Positions 13,036 to 27,519 are shown, numbered from the stretch's first letter. The stretch is 64,000 nucleotides of DNA from Octopus sinensis (GCF_006345805.1 NC_042997.1:106020001-106084000); one strand, 5' to 3'. The notes: generated by a model not told the origin, from the letters alone. Translations and numbers: made by a program.

Positions 13036-13759
13036 TATGGAGAAGATGGCTGATAGTTAGCATGTTGAATTTATATTTTATTCTGCAGATTTAATTGAAG
13101 GAGGGCTAGTCAAAAGAGGCGAGAGAATAATGACTCAACCCGGAAGATTCCTCCGTTTGTAAGTATAAATCTGCATTTAATTATTTTCACTCTGTATTGT
13201 ACTGACGCGTTTGTTTTCATTTAGGAATGGCATGATTGATTTCCTATATTTAGTACTGAGCCTGCTTTAAATAAGGCGAGCGTTTCCTGAATACAGTAGT
13301 GTGGTATACTATCAACTATCAAATGTTTTTCTTATTAAAGTTATCGTTTTTGCTCGCTATTTTTAGATCAACAAAGACAAAAAAGAAAACAAACCCATGA
13401 TAACTTAGATTTGTCTGAGGTCATGCTAAAGTTTTACCCCCAGCTTTTTATTGCCTTCTAAAATAGCCCTGTCCAACTGTGTTGTTCTATATAACGGTAC
13501 ATCATTTCTGATATAAATCTACACCCTACTTAATATACCGCTGCTTCCCAAGTGGGTAAGCAACATTTTGTAGATTATTGATGTTTGGGGTATTATATAT
13601 TGTTGGCAAACAGGTTTTAGTCCTGAAGACTTCGAGGTGTTTGTTTTGCCTACCAACGGTTATTCAGAGGAATAGATTCAAGCTTGCGCACAAGTTCATT
13701 GCTTGCTTCCCATCAGACACACAAGGGTGACAGCCAGGTACTGAAGTAAATTAGTGGCT

Positions 13760-13864
13760 TATACATACATACATACATACATACATACATACATACATAC
13801 ATACATACATGCATGCATGCATATGTGTATATATATATGTGTGTGTGTGTGTGCATATATATGC

Positions 13865-13946
<82 letters not shown>

Positions 13947-14007
13947 CAGTCAGTTAGATAGACAGATAGATAGATAGATAGATAGATAGATACATACATA
14001 CATACAT

Positions 14008-14040
<33 letters not shown>

Positions 14041-14048
14041 TACACACA

Positions 14049-14101
<53 letters not shown>

Positions 14102-14130
14102 ACACACATATATATATATATATATTATAT
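13760..14130. repeat. Compound microsatellite (TACA)n,(TA)n,(GATA)n,(CA)n
   Basis: Direct reading. Confidence 0.97.
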
Positions 14131-14575
14131 AAAAGGGCTTAGTAAAATAAATTACTTTGCCACATACTGAACTCATGCAAGCAATGTGACAGATTAGTTT
14201 CTTACGATTAGGCCAAAAGTTGAAAATAACCTAAGAAAAACTGGAAACTTGGACATGAGTATTAAACACAGCCGGCATATGACCAGTTCAACAATGCCGC
14301 ATCAAGAGTATTTTTTTAAACCAAACGGTTAAGCCTATCACTAAATTCTCTTCAACATGTGGTATTACTTGTCCATAGAGACCTATTCCACCAATTTATG
14401 TGTTTTAAGTGAACTTTAATACAAATATTTATTCAGGAATTATTATGTAGGTTGGTAAGCATAAATGAAATATGGATACTTTTGAAGAAGAATTTAGACG
14501 CAGTTAGAAGTCTTAAAGTGCCAGCTTTTCGGTACATATGAGGAAATTAAATACAATTATAACACCCACTGACAT

Positions 14576-14613
<38 letters not shown>

Positions 14614-15179
14614 ACTCATACACCCGCTATGGGTGTATACATATATATGTATATCATATATATATGTATGTAAGTATGTATATATAAATTTATACGTATA
14701 CATGCACATGCAAAGATATATACATATCTACAAGTATGTAAGTATGTATGCAAGCTTGTATATGTGTGTGTGTGTACATATGTATGTTTATATATATATA
14801 TATGCATATATATATATGCATGTATATATTATATATATGTGTGTGTGGTGGCGGCGAGAGAGAAAGGGAGAGAGAGAAGGTTTTGTACCCTGGTGTGCTA
14901 ACTGTGTATTAAAGTTGTATATATGGCTGTGAGTGAATGTGTAATGGTTGTGCTCGTGTGGGAAGTTCTAGAAGGACTGGTATTTATGTGTGATACAGCG
15001 TGTAAATATGCAAGGATGTATGTAATTATTTTACGACTGTACTTATTCGATCAGCGTTTACGTTTAGTTAATGTATGAAATAATAAATATACTTACACAA
15101 ACACTTTCCATGCATACACACGCGCATACGCACGTAATATAATTACCGCATGTTTGTGTATTCATTACACAAATATACA

Positions 15180-15286
15180 CGTATATGCATATACACATAT
15201 ACGCATATGTATATATATATATACGTATATAGATAGATAGATAGATAGATAGATTGACAGGCAGACAGACAGACAGGCAGACAGAC

Positions 15287-15352
<66 letters not shown>

Positions 15353-15386
15353 GCAGACAGATAGACAGACAGACAGACAGGCAGAC

Positions 15387-15433
<47 letters not shown>

Positions 15434-15710
15434 AGATAGATATAGATAGATAGACAGAGAGACAGAAAGACAGATAGATAGATTTACTGATATTTATTTG
15501 TTTATATATATATACATATATATATGCAAACACACACACATATCTATATATATACACACATGCCTATGTATGTATATATGTATGTATATATGTATTCCGT
15601 ATGTATGTATGTATGTATGTATGTATGTATGTATGTATGTATGCATGCATGTATGTATGTATGTACGTATGTATGTATGTATGTATATATGTATGCAGGT
15701 ATGTATGAGG
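15180..15710. repeat. Compound microsatellite (GATA/GACA)n and (TATG)n
   Basis: Direct reading. Confidence 0.97.
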
Positions 15711-16319
15711 AGAAATGTGAGTGACATTAATACCCTCTCTCATATATGTTTGGCTTGTTCTCTGTATGTACGTATGTATATTCATACATATTCATACATA
15801 TTCATGTATGTTGGTAATTAATGGTTTCATCAAGTGATTTGATCTAAATGTTTGTACACGGTTTAATGTTAATACGAACGTGTCAGAGATTATGGGGATG
15901 CACGTGGTTTAGGAGTGCCGCTGGGAAGTACTGACAGAAACTTCTTCAAGTGTCAATTGGTTACAGATGAGCCAGTCTTTCAGTACTTATTTACCAATTA
16001 AAACCGTCAATAGCTTAGTGAGACATCTTGTACGACGTTTTCACCACCAGTTCTGCATTTGAAACATATGTAAGGACAAACCGTTTGGTTATTTTTAGTT
16101 TCATAGATATATGCATGTGTGTGTGCGTGCGTGTGTGTGTGTGTCGTTTCTTTAGTGTAACAGTGACCCTTGTTTGGTAGTGGGATGTGATTTAACTGCT
16201 TTATTTATTGACCGGCTGCTAAGTAAATAAACTCTGGGACCCGCTGTTGAAACCTTCGAGGAACTGTTAGCATTTAGGGAGAGAGAGTGGGGTGTTGAAG
16301 GTAGTCCATTTCATATGTA

Positions 16320-16437
<118 letters not shown>

Positions 16438-16599
16438 ATATATTTAGGTATGTATGTATATGTATATTCGTTTCTTTGGTGTAATAGTGACCCTTGTTTG
16501 GTAGTAGGATATGATCTCACCATCTCCTTTTCTCTGTCTATCTCTCTATCTATCTCTCTCTCTCTCTCTCTCTCTCTCCTTCTCCCTCTTTATATATAT

Positions 16600-17005
16600 T
16601 CCTTTATTCTTTTACTTATTTCAGTAATTTGACTGCGGCCATACTGAGCACCGCCTTTAAATCGATCCCGAGGACTTATTCTTTGTAAGCCTAGTACTTA
16701 TTCTATCGATGTCTTTTGCCGAACCGCTATGTTACGGGGACGTAAACACACCAACGTTGGTTGTCAAGCGATAGTGGGGTGGGACAAACACAGACACACA
16801 AATACATACATACATATGTATATATTTACATTTATATATACACGATGGGCTTCTTTCAGTTTCCGTCTACCAAATCCACTCACAAAGTTTTGGTCGATCC
16901 GAGGCTACAGTAGAAGACACTTCCCCAGGTGCCACGCAGTGGGACTGAATCTGGAACCATGTCGTTGGGAAGCAAGCTTTTTTACCACGCAGTCACACCT
17001 GCGCC
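16600..17005 (-). mobile_element. SINE family A, full length
   Basis: Colinear reverse complement of 63517-63930. Confidence 0.93.
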
Positions 17006-17009
17006 TAAA

Positions 17010-17109
<100 letters not shown>

Positions 17110-17516
17110 TTCAGATGAGTTAATGAAGGTTTTTAAACGTAGTTGCTGCAGATATTAGAAATAGCAAACAAATTTACCTCAGATTATACCCCCATAGTCT
17201 TCAGTGAGGAAGATACATTTTGGATGATACTTGGAACAACCTTAAATATGAGGGATGGTCACGACCGGAATGATTTTAACCAGGGCTCTTTCCGTTCACC
17301 GCTTACGCCTACACACATACATAATGCATACATACACATGTATGCATATATTCATGCATGCACACACGCACACACACACACACACAACTGAATACATTGA
17401 AGAGCATATATACGTGTGTAGTCATATTTCTAAAGGGTTCCGTGGAGTGAAGTCCCTAGAAACCGTGAAACCTACTTGAAATGTCGTCTTATTCGCATGA
17501 CCAAAACGTTAGATTT

Positions 17517-18345
17517 AATAGGTGGCGGACGTAAGATATTTGAGGACAGATTTATGTTTATAAAAATAAAATAGATATAATAAAAGATAACTTTATTCAT
17601 CAAAAATGCTACGAGGATAAAAATAAACCTTCTATTCTATAATCTTATTCAATAAAGCCACTTTCATATTCAACAACTGCTTCTATATGCGATCTAAATC
17701 TTCTACATGCTGGAATCAAGTGTTCCTGGTTCATTTTGGACATTACTCTGACTATGGCAGCTTTCAAAGAATAGTTGGTGTTATGGGCGTGTTCATTGAC
17801 CTCTCTCTCTCAATATCGCCCCACATGTATTAGTCCAAAGGATTGAGACCTGGGGAATTAGGAGGTCAAATGTTAGGGATTGCGTGATCATGAAATTTTT
17901 CAGCCATCAATTTCTGTGTTACTAGAACCATGTGTGATAGTGCAGCGTCTTTCTGAAACACATATGGCCTTCCATTGCATACACTGAGTATCCAGGGCTT
18001 AACAATTATTTCCAGGACCTCAATGTAGGGGACAGAGTTAACTTCAACTCTAAGGCCTTGTGGAAAGAAATAAGGAAGCATCACATGTCCTTCATTGCTG
18101 ACAATCCTTACAATCATGACAGCTGCAGGAAATTTTGTATGCATAACACTTGGAACTTCTGAGGGGTCTGCACATAACCATCATTCATTTCTTCTGTTAA
18201 CTTTCTGATTTTGGTCGAAATTTTTCTCGTTTGAGAAAAACCAAATCAAATCTTCTGCTGGATTTTTCAGTTTGTTTAAGAGCCTTTTAGATCTGATGTA
18301 ATGATTTTCTTTTGCTTTTAGTGAGGAATTGACCTTTCCTCATCA
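17517..18345 (-). mobile_element. Tc1/mariner DD37D (maT-type) transposase remnant
   Basis: Minus translation WFFSNEKNF...MHTKFPAAVM...YVFQKD-(37 aa)-D including *PPNSPGLNPLD, then C-terminal IPACRRFRSHIEAVV..SGFIE; in-frame stops. Confidence 0.88.
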
Positions 18346-19879
18346 GATCGACCAAAACTTATGAAACAAGAGACAGATGGATTATACTGTAATTCAAAGG
18401 TCCAGTCTTGTCCCAGTTAATGGGTAAATTCCGACGCTTTAACGTTTTTACCAAATCTTTTTAACTTTAATTTTCAAAGTGGTCTCTTAGTTCATACGAC
18501 ACATTACAATATGGTTGTAAAACTTTTCATGGTTGTACATACATATTTGTATAAAATCGATGGTGATGTAAAAGTGTTGTACAATATATTAAGATGGATA
18601 AATAAATATATAATAAATATTGCTAGTTAAATGCATAGTACAAATACAAAGGTTCTTACTATTACATGAAATCGCTACATATTTAAAGTCTTGGTACATG
18701 CGACCCTAAGAACGTTTCAAGTGTTGCACTGGAAAATGAATATTTTCGGTGTAGGTCATGGCGAGACTCCTTTCGCCTCTACTTGATAGTTACAGTTTAG
18801 ATATACATAGACATTAGTTTGGTTTTCATCAACTGTCTATCATCCAAATGTTCTCCAGAATTGCGTAGTAGGACGTCTGTCATCCTCTTTTCCTCTTTAT
18901 ATCTCCTCCCCCTCCATCTCTCTCACCCTCTCTCTCTCTCTCACACTCACTCTCAGTCAGGACCTGTATCTCGTTACTATCGTTACAGAATATGCACGGC
19001 TGCATGTAGTTAATTATCTTTTAGGGGCTCTCTAATTGTTCTGTACAAAAGATATAACAACGGACACCGTTCGTACCTATGTCTCATACTTTGACTATTG
19101 TCCTGCGTGCAAGCCAAGCGCATTTAGAACCACAAATACTGTAAAACAGTCAGTGAGCAAGCGAGTAGACAACTAGCTTTGCCTGCCACGTCCACAGACA
19201 AATAGATAGACAAACATTACAGAAACTGATCTACTTCTCTCTGAAAGAAAATTACTACGAAATGGTGGTTTTTCAGACGATGTATCACATCTGTGATGTG
19301 CGTGAAGATGTGGTGATACTGGAATTACTTGGTGGTGTTTCTTGTTAGTTTATACGTCTGTCATCCTCTTTTTCTCTTTATATCTCCTCTCTCTCTCCCT
19401 CCCTCCCTCTCTCTCACACACTCACTCTCAGTCAGTCCGTCAATCATTCTTCTATTCCCCCGGTCTTTCTTTCCTCACGCTTTACTAGATGGACATATCA
19501 ATCTATCAGCCTGATTTACGCCTTCAGCACTTTTTGTATATTTCTTTTCACCTGTACTTTAAGACGCTTAATTACATCCGCTAAAGGACGTGATTCTACA
19601 GCCAATAACAAGCAGAGAAGAGTTAAACATAAGAAGAATACGCTGCTAAAGCGATTTGTGCTTAAACCGTGTTTTACTTTTTACACATCTGTCAACATAC
19701 CACAGAGTTTGGGTAGCTGTTAGAGAGTTCTACGTCAAATGAATTCCATTAAGCTGCGTAACACATGTGATTGTGTGTTTTGTTGTGATTGTGGTGGTTG
19801 TAGTGGTTGTTAGGGGGACTTAACTAACTTATCTATGTTTCTGATAATCTATCTCTATATTCAACTATCTGTATCTTTT

Positions 19880-20140
<261 letters not shown>

Positions 20141-20424
20141 GTGTTGGAATGTAAATAGACTTGCTTGTAGATATATATATAAATTCTGTGAGAAGTATAT
20201 AAATATGAAGGGGATCAAGAAGTGGTATTCGTCAACTTTTAGGCATTATATGATGTCTATTTATTTATTTTTTAAAAGAACAATTATAACAATATACATA
20301 CATGTATAACATATTATGCTTTACATATATAAAAATACCCGTAATTATTAAAATATATAACATAGAACATAGAAAGTAATATATATCTATATATATATGT
20401 ATGTATATATAAACTTAGATAAAA

Positions 20425-20930
20425 TTTAGATATGTTTCGACCAGAGATTGGTTCAGGCCATGTCTAACTTAATAGTACCACCTGATAGGATTATCTAATT
20501 CCTTTTTAAGTCAAGTTTTGTTTATGGTCCATTCAAGTAGTGAGTTCTTGCTGAGTGCGTTGTAACCAGGTATGGGTAGCTTGTCTGGTATTCCTTGAAG
20601 AAATCTGTCCAGACTCCGTTTAAAGGTGATGGGATCCTTTTCCTCCCAGCCGTGGATGAACCTTGAAACTAATGTTCAGGTCGTTTGGGCAATGCTGGCG
20701 TTATATTCTCCACATTGTACAAATGATGTACCGCTCGCGGTGGCGCTGGAGGGAGTAGAGTTTCAAAGCTTTAAGGCAGTCCCAGTAATCGAGATCAGTC
20801 ATGCCTTAAATTCGTTTAGTGAGTGCCCTCTGGGGTGAGTCAATTTTCAAGATGTTTTGCTTTGTATGGGAAGACCACAAGGGGAGGCAGTATTCGAGGT
20901 GTGGCTGTACAAAGGTGTGGACTGAGCTGA
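20425..20930 (-). mobile_element. CR1-like LINE 3' remnant (internally deleted)
   Basis: Minus translation FVQPHLEYCLPLWS..KID.PQR.LTKRI, DYWDCLKALKLYSLQRHRERYII, FKRSLDRFLQGIPD..PGY...KNSLLEW; 3' tail GGTGGT..CATGGCC..GAAACA. Confidence 0.85.
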
Positions 20931-20934
20931 ACGG

Positions 20935-21388
20935 TAACTAATCTGCACATCCTCTGATAACTCACGGATGGTGATTCGACGATTTCCCTTCACAGCACAT
21001 CTGCGGTGTTTTTCTCAGCTTCGCTGGTTACGAGTCTCCCACAGTGTTCGTCACTAGTGACAATTTTCGGCCATCTAGGAAACGGTTAAAGCACTTGTAC
21101 ACTTGTGTGCGGCTCATACACTTCTCTCCATACACTTTCTGAAACTTTGCTTTGGCCTCTGAGCTGGTATCGCTATCACGACTTTCTCTGTAATGGTCAA
21201 TGCGACGATCCCAGGCTACACTCCTTCATTCCAATTATTACTGTAAACAACGGAAGTAAGCTAGAACGTTAAAACTTAGTGCGCATGCACAGCAGAGATT
21301 AAAGTCAATATTTTCCAAGCAGCCTTACTTTGCATGCTTTAGCTTCGTTACTATGGCAATAGTCCGGATACTTATCGATCAAATTTCG
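20935..21388 (-). mobile_element. Mariner element 5' part (TIR plus N-terminal HTH coding remnant)
   Basis: Minus translation KFQKVYGEKCMSRTQVYKCFNRF (mariner HTH-like); end sequence GATCGATAAGTATCCGGACTATTGCCATAGTAACGAAGC is shared with 46621+. Confidence 0.8.
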
Positions 21389-21397
21389 TTTATATAT

Positions 21398-21800
21398 GTG
21401 GCTGTGTGGTAAGTTACTTGCTTACCAAACACAAAGTTCCAGGTTCATTCCCGCTGCGTAGCACCTTGAGCAAGTGTCTTCTACTATAGACTCGGGTCGA
21501 CCAAAGCCTTATGAGTGGATTTGGTACACGGAAACCGAAAGAAGCCCGTCGTATATATGTATATATGTATATGTGTGTGTGTTTATGTTTGTGTGTCTGT
21601 GTTTGTCCCTCCCCCAACATCCCTTGACAACCGATGCTGGTGTGTTTACGTCCCCGTGAATTAGCGTTTCGGCAAAATAGACCGATAGAATAAGTACTAG
21701 GCTTACAAAGAATAAGTCATGGGGTCGATTTGCTCGACTAAAGGCGGTGCTCCAGCATGACCACAGTCAAATGACTGAAACAAGTACAAGAGTAAAAGAG
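21398..21800 (+). mobile_element. SINE family A, full length
   Basis: Colinear with 63517-63930. Confidence 0.93.
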
Positions 21801-21907
21801 TATATATATATAAGTGTGTGTGTGTGTGTGTATACACTCACATTTATGTTTACATATACATACAAATGTCTATATGTATTACGCTGCGTATGGTATTCTT
21901 TTTCAGA

Positions 21908-21946
<39 letters not shown>

Positions 21947-22218
21947 CGCGCGCGCGTGTGTATGCATGCATGCATGTGCGTATGGAAGTATATATGTATG
22001 TATGTATGTGAAATCTAAAAATGCGTTTGTTTGTATATGCGATACGTTTTCGTTGTTTATACGACTGTTAAATTCGTATATTCGATTTGCTTATGTGTTT
22101 CCTTTCAGCTCACTTTGTATTTTACACGCGTGTGTGAATCTCATTTTGGATATATGTGTGTGTTTTTGTCACTTAAATACATACATACATGTCATACATA
22201 TTTATATGTATATATGTA

Positions 22219-22252
<34 letters not shown>

Positions 22253-22324
22253 GGTTTATAAATGTACCTAGGAATATACATATATATACATACATATATA
22301 TTTACATATATATATATATATATA

Positions 22325-22367
<43 letters not shown>

Positions 22368-22639
22368 TGTAAATATGTGTATGTAAATTTGGATGTTATA
22401 TCAGTTGTGTTTGTGAGAATGGTTTTTTTTTTGTATTTGTATTTGTCTTGTGTGTGTGTGTATGTGTATGTATTTGTTGTACTGTATTCTGTCGGTATTG
22501 TTTGTACATATGTGCCTGTGTATGTTTATCAATCATTTTGTGTTTTTTCAAAGATGGCTAACTTCTACTTAGTGAAAGATTATTTTATAAACAAACAATC
22601 ATATCAGCACATTCAAACCGCATTAACTGCCTTATCTGA

Positions 22640-23030
<391 letters not shown>

Positions 23031-23451
23031 TCATGGATAGACATTTACGAATATGACGAATATATATTTGTGGATGTATATATGTAAACACACACACTTA
23101 TTTATACACATCAATACATATCACGTTTCGCAAGAGAGCAAGTGATAGAGAGAGAAAAAAAAGTGATGGCGGTGGGCTCCATTAAAGAAACCATTTGTTC
23201 TATATGAATGCGTACAAAAGGGGAAAAAAAATTGAGAAACAAAGAAAAAAAGCAAGGAGAAAAGGAGAAAAAAAAGAAAGAAATGCGTATCTTCTCGTTT
23301 ATTTTTCCACGTGTTTTAATATTTGCGCTAGCCGTGCTATAATGCTCGTTTAAACTGCTCTCGTCGATTGAGTCATTGACTTAAGAAATAAACTTAACAG
23401 TAGGTCTCTATCAGAACAGTTTTATCATTATGCCAAACATCAGCTTTACAA

Positions 23452-23580
23452 GAACAACAACAGCAACAACAACAACAACGACGACGACGACGACCACGGC
23501 AACAGTAATAACAGCAATGATGATGATGATAATGATGATGATGATGATGATGGTGATGATGGTGATGATGATGGCGACGA
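23452..23580. repeat. (CAA)/(CGA)/(GAT) trinucleotide array
   Basis: Direct reading; source of the poly-H/poly-C/poly-I ORFs. Confidence 0.95.
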
Positions 23581-23674
23581 TACGTTGTGTGTAATTCATT
23601 TGGATTTTTCTTTGGTATGGTATGCTTTTTGTTCAAACATTTTACTTCTGATTATTTGTTTCACCTTTTCCTCT

Positions 23675-23682
23675 GCGTGTGT

Positions 23683-23726
<44 letters not shown>

Positions 23727-23818
23727 ACGTATGCATATAGATATACGTATGTACACATATATGCAAAAATACATATATACATACACACACACAGATATAT
23801 CCATATATATATACAGTG

Positions 23819-23859
<41 letters not shown>

Positions 23860-23926
23860 GCATATATATATATATGTATATATATGTATATATATATATA
23901 CATATATATATCTATATATATATATA

Positions 23927-23973
<47 letters not shown>

Positions 23974-24130
23974 ATATGCATATATGCATATATATATATG
24001 TGTGTGTGTATTATGTATGTATGTATGTTTCTTTGTATGTATGCATGCATGCATGTATGTATGTATGTATGTATGTATGTATGTATTTATGTATGTATGT
24101 ATGTATGTATGTATGTATGTATGTATGCAT
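23675..24130. repeat. Compound microsatellite (TG),(TA),(TATG)
   Basis: Direct reading. Confidence 0.97.
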
Positions 24131-24509
24131 ATCGGGCTCGTGTGTACAGTGCTTCTTGTGACATATTTGAAATAAACAAACGAACAAAGAAACAAATAAA
24201 AAAAAAACAAAGCTTGCCTCTCGTTTACAGTTAACAAGAAGGCTGAGATAAAGATCTCTTGTTTATGTTATGAACGCACTGCTGATGTGGATTGCTCTAT
24301 GTCTTTGCCAGTAAACACATCCCAAACAACTGGTTTATAGATAGGAATCCAGAATAGAATTGTCATTGATCGGGTGAGTTATTTCATTCAGTCATTTTCT
24401 CTTCATAGACAAAGTGAATTCCGTGACTCTTTATGTCGCGGTGACACCATTTTTTTCATATTCAATACGTAAAACCCGTCAGGGTATACGTATAGTGTTA
24501 TATATTCTT

Positions 24510-24861
24510 TTATTACCTCCGCCTTATCAAATACGGAGGTATTGTTTCAGTCGTGTTTACTTGTTTGTCCGTGGACCAGATATCTCAAGAACCGCTGGAT
24601 GGATTCGGATGAAACTTTCAGGAATGTTTGGCCTTGTGACTGACACGAACTGATTAGATTTTGGGATCGATCCTGTACCGGACAAGGATTCTAGATTGTT
24701 TTTCCTGTTTTTTACTTAATCTTTGAGAGCAGTCGTGTTCATTTTTAGTATTCTCGCTTACGAGAGGAGTCGAGTTTGTTTCAGATATTCTCGCTGGCAA
24801 ATCGTTGAGAGGATGTTGGTGTTGCTTTGGCGGAGGTTTGCGCTCTCTGAGTGCTCTTGTT
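24510..24861 (+). mobile_element. Helentron-associated non-autonomous element (HINE/DINE-1-like)
   Basis: SubTIRs ACCTCCGCC (24515) / GGCGGAGGT (24829), 5' stem-loop with CGGAGGT (24534), 3' hairpin GCGCTC-TCT-GAGTGC, T-rich insertion site. Confidence 0.82.
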
Positions 24862-25160
24862 CTTTTACTTGTTTCAGTCAATTGACTGCGGCCATGCTGG
24901 ATCACCGCTTTGAAGGGTTTTAGTCGAACAAATTGATCCCAGAACTTATTTTTGAAGCAAGCCTAGTACTTATTCTACTGGTCTCTTTTTTTTTCTTTTC
25001 TTTTTTCTTTTTATTTTTGCCGGACTGCTAAATTACGGGGAGGTAAACACACCAACTCTGGTTGTCAAGTGGTGATGGGGGAAACAAACATAGACACAAA
25101 CACACACAACACACACACACACACACACACCACACACACACACACCACACACACACATGT
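24862..25160 (-). mobile_element. SINE family A, 3' half
   Basis: GTTTCAGTCAATTGACTGCGGCCATGCTGG... reverse tail. Confidence 0.85.
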
Positions 25161-25167
25161 ATATATG

Positions 25168-25333
25168 GGCGCAAGAGTGGCTATGCAGTAAGAAGCTTGC
25201 TTTCCAACCACACGGATCCGGATTTAGTTCCACTGCGTGGCAACATGGGCAATCGTCTCCTACTATAGCCTCGGGTTGAACCAAAGCCTTATGAGGGAAT
25301 TTAATCGACAGAAACTGAAAGAAGCCAGTCGTG

Positions 25334-25386
<53 letters not shown>

Positions 25387-25590
25387 TTCTCTGGGTGTCA
25401 GTGTTTGTCTTCCTACTACAGCTAGGCAACCCATGTTGGTGCGTTTACGTCCCCGTAACTTAACGGTTCGGTAAGTACCAAGCTTAAAAATTCAAAAGTA
25501 CTGGGTTCATTACATCCGAGTAGAATTCTTCAAGGCGGTGCACCAGTATGGATACTGCCTAATGTCTGAAAAACTAAAAGAATGAAATAA
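25168..25590 (+). mobile_element. SINE family A, full length, diverged
   Basis: Head GGCGCAAGAGTGGCTATGCAGTAAG to tail GGCGGTGCACCAGTATGG. Confidence 0.85.
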
Positions 25591-25631
25591 TGTGTGTGTG
25601 TGTGTATGTATGTGCATATATATATATATAT

Positions 25632-25677
<46 letters not shown>

Positions 25678-25795
25678 GACGATTTTCTTTGAGTTTCAGT
25701 CTATGAAATCAACTCGCAAGGCTTTGGTCAGCCCGCGGTTATAATAGAAGACACTAGCTCAAGTGATTTGGAAGCAAGCTTCTTGCAACACTGGC

Positions 25796-26476
25796 CAGCC
25801 TGCGAAATTTTTTTCTCACGTGAGTTCCAGACCCCAGTAATGAACTCATTTGCATGTACTCAATCATAGCCCACCTTGAAAATCCACATACTACTACAGT
25901 ACATGCAGTCAGACATAGAATAGTGTATGCCACTCTGTGAGTCCAGCACAGCAGGTCTCTCATAAGCACTACATACCCCACCCCCACCATTCTCATAGAT
26001 CAAATAGCACCATCTCTATATGGAGCTAACGTTAGGTACCTATGCTCAGACAGAGATTAGTGATACTGCATGTACCCATTGATATATTCAAGGAGGGCGC
26101 AATACGACACAGCGCCATATTGATTACGGTGTTCCCAGATCAACACCATCATTTTAAATTAGAAATGTTCAAAATCAGTCAAAAAATTAGGAAACTAGAC
26201 TCATTTACATTTTCTAGTAGATTACACTAATTAGCAACACATTGTATAATTGGTGAGCAGTTCTCCATTCACTTTATACACTAAATTTCACATTTGTCAG
26301 CCTTATTAACCCGTTTAAAACAGTTAGATTTTGTTATAACGCACATTTTCCACTGAACTCAACCAGAGTATTTTCACTAGGTGGACACTTGATAGTTGAG
26401 CTCTGATTGGCTGTATACGAGTTCATAACTGGGGGGGGGGACCGGATTCTCGTGGGAAAAAAACTTTCGCGGCTAG
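25796..26476. mobile_element. Unclassified ~680-bp element with ~75-bp imperfect terminal inverted repeats
   Basis: Left CGAAATTTTTTTCTCACG..CCCCAGTAATGAACTC; right GAGTTCATAACTGGGG..CGTGGGAAAAAAACTTTCG. Confidence 0.7.
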
Positions 26477-26734
26477 ACCGAGTTTATAGTAGAAGACACT
26501 AGCTAAGTGATTTCGAAGCAAGCTTCCTACCACACTGCCGCGCCTGCGCCAAAACAAAGCCTGCTGTGATCAGGATATATATTCATATATCTTTTATTTC
26601 TTATGTTTTGCTTGTTTTTCACATTAGGCTGCAGTTGTGCTGGGGCCGCACATTGAAGGGTTTAGTCAGACAAATCGACACTACTATTTATGTATTTATG
26701 TTTGTTTTTCTTTAAGTTTCGCCGCCATTCTATG

Positions 26735-26904
26735 CAAGCCCGTCGCCAGACTTTGGTGCCCGAGTATACTTCAGGATATACTGGGTGGGCACTAATTTGT
26801 AATAATGCTAAAGTGGAGTCACCGAAGTAGAGTAAATCTGTGGGTGCACCACTGAATGGTGAGGGGGAAGTACCGTCTTGTGTATCCCCTTAGCGACGGG
26901 TGTG
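26735..26904. mobile_element. hAT-type MITE (170 bp) inserted in a minus-strand SINE-A
   Basis: TIR core CCCGTCGC / GCGACGGG; flanks ATTCTATG / ATTTTATT look like an 8-bp TSD with 2 mismatches. Confidence 0.65.
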
Positions 26905-27088
26905 ATTTTATTTGTGTCTTCTGCCGAACCGCTAATTTACATAAACAAAACAACATCGATTGTCAAGCGAATGTGGTGGAGACAAACACAAGCAGAAATA
27001 CACACACACATACATACGCACATACATACATACGCACATACATACCTACATACATACATACATATGACTATGTATATATATATATATA

Positions 27089-27475
27089 TGGAGCAGGAGT
27101 GGCTGTGTGATAAGAAGCTTGCTTCCCACCCAACCACATGATTCCGGGTTCACACCCACAGCGTGACACCTAGGGCAAGTGTCTTGTGCTATAGCCACGA
27201 GCCGACCAAAGCCTTGTGAGTGGATTTGGTAGACGGAAACTGAAAGAAACCCGTCATGTTTGTGTGTCTGAGCTTGTTCCACCCACCATCGCTTGACAAC
27301 CGATGTTGGTGTGTTTACCTCCCCGTGACCTAGTAGTTCGGCAAAAGAGACCGATAGAATAAGTACTATGCTTACAAAGAATAAGTCCTGGGGTCGATTT
27401 CTCTGACTTAAGGCAGTGCTCCAGCATGGCCGTAATCAAATGACTGAAACAAGTAGAAGAATAAAAGATTAAAAG
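27089..27475 (+). mobile_element. SINE family A, full length
   Basis: Colinear with 63517-63930. Confidence 0.93.
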
Positions 27476-27519
27476 TATATATATATATGCATACATATAT
27501 ATGTGGGGGGGTGTATGAC

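Noticed and set aside
20425-20450. GAAACATATC as a hammerhead half
   Set aside because: Better explained as the CR1-like 3' tail; no CUGANGA partner.
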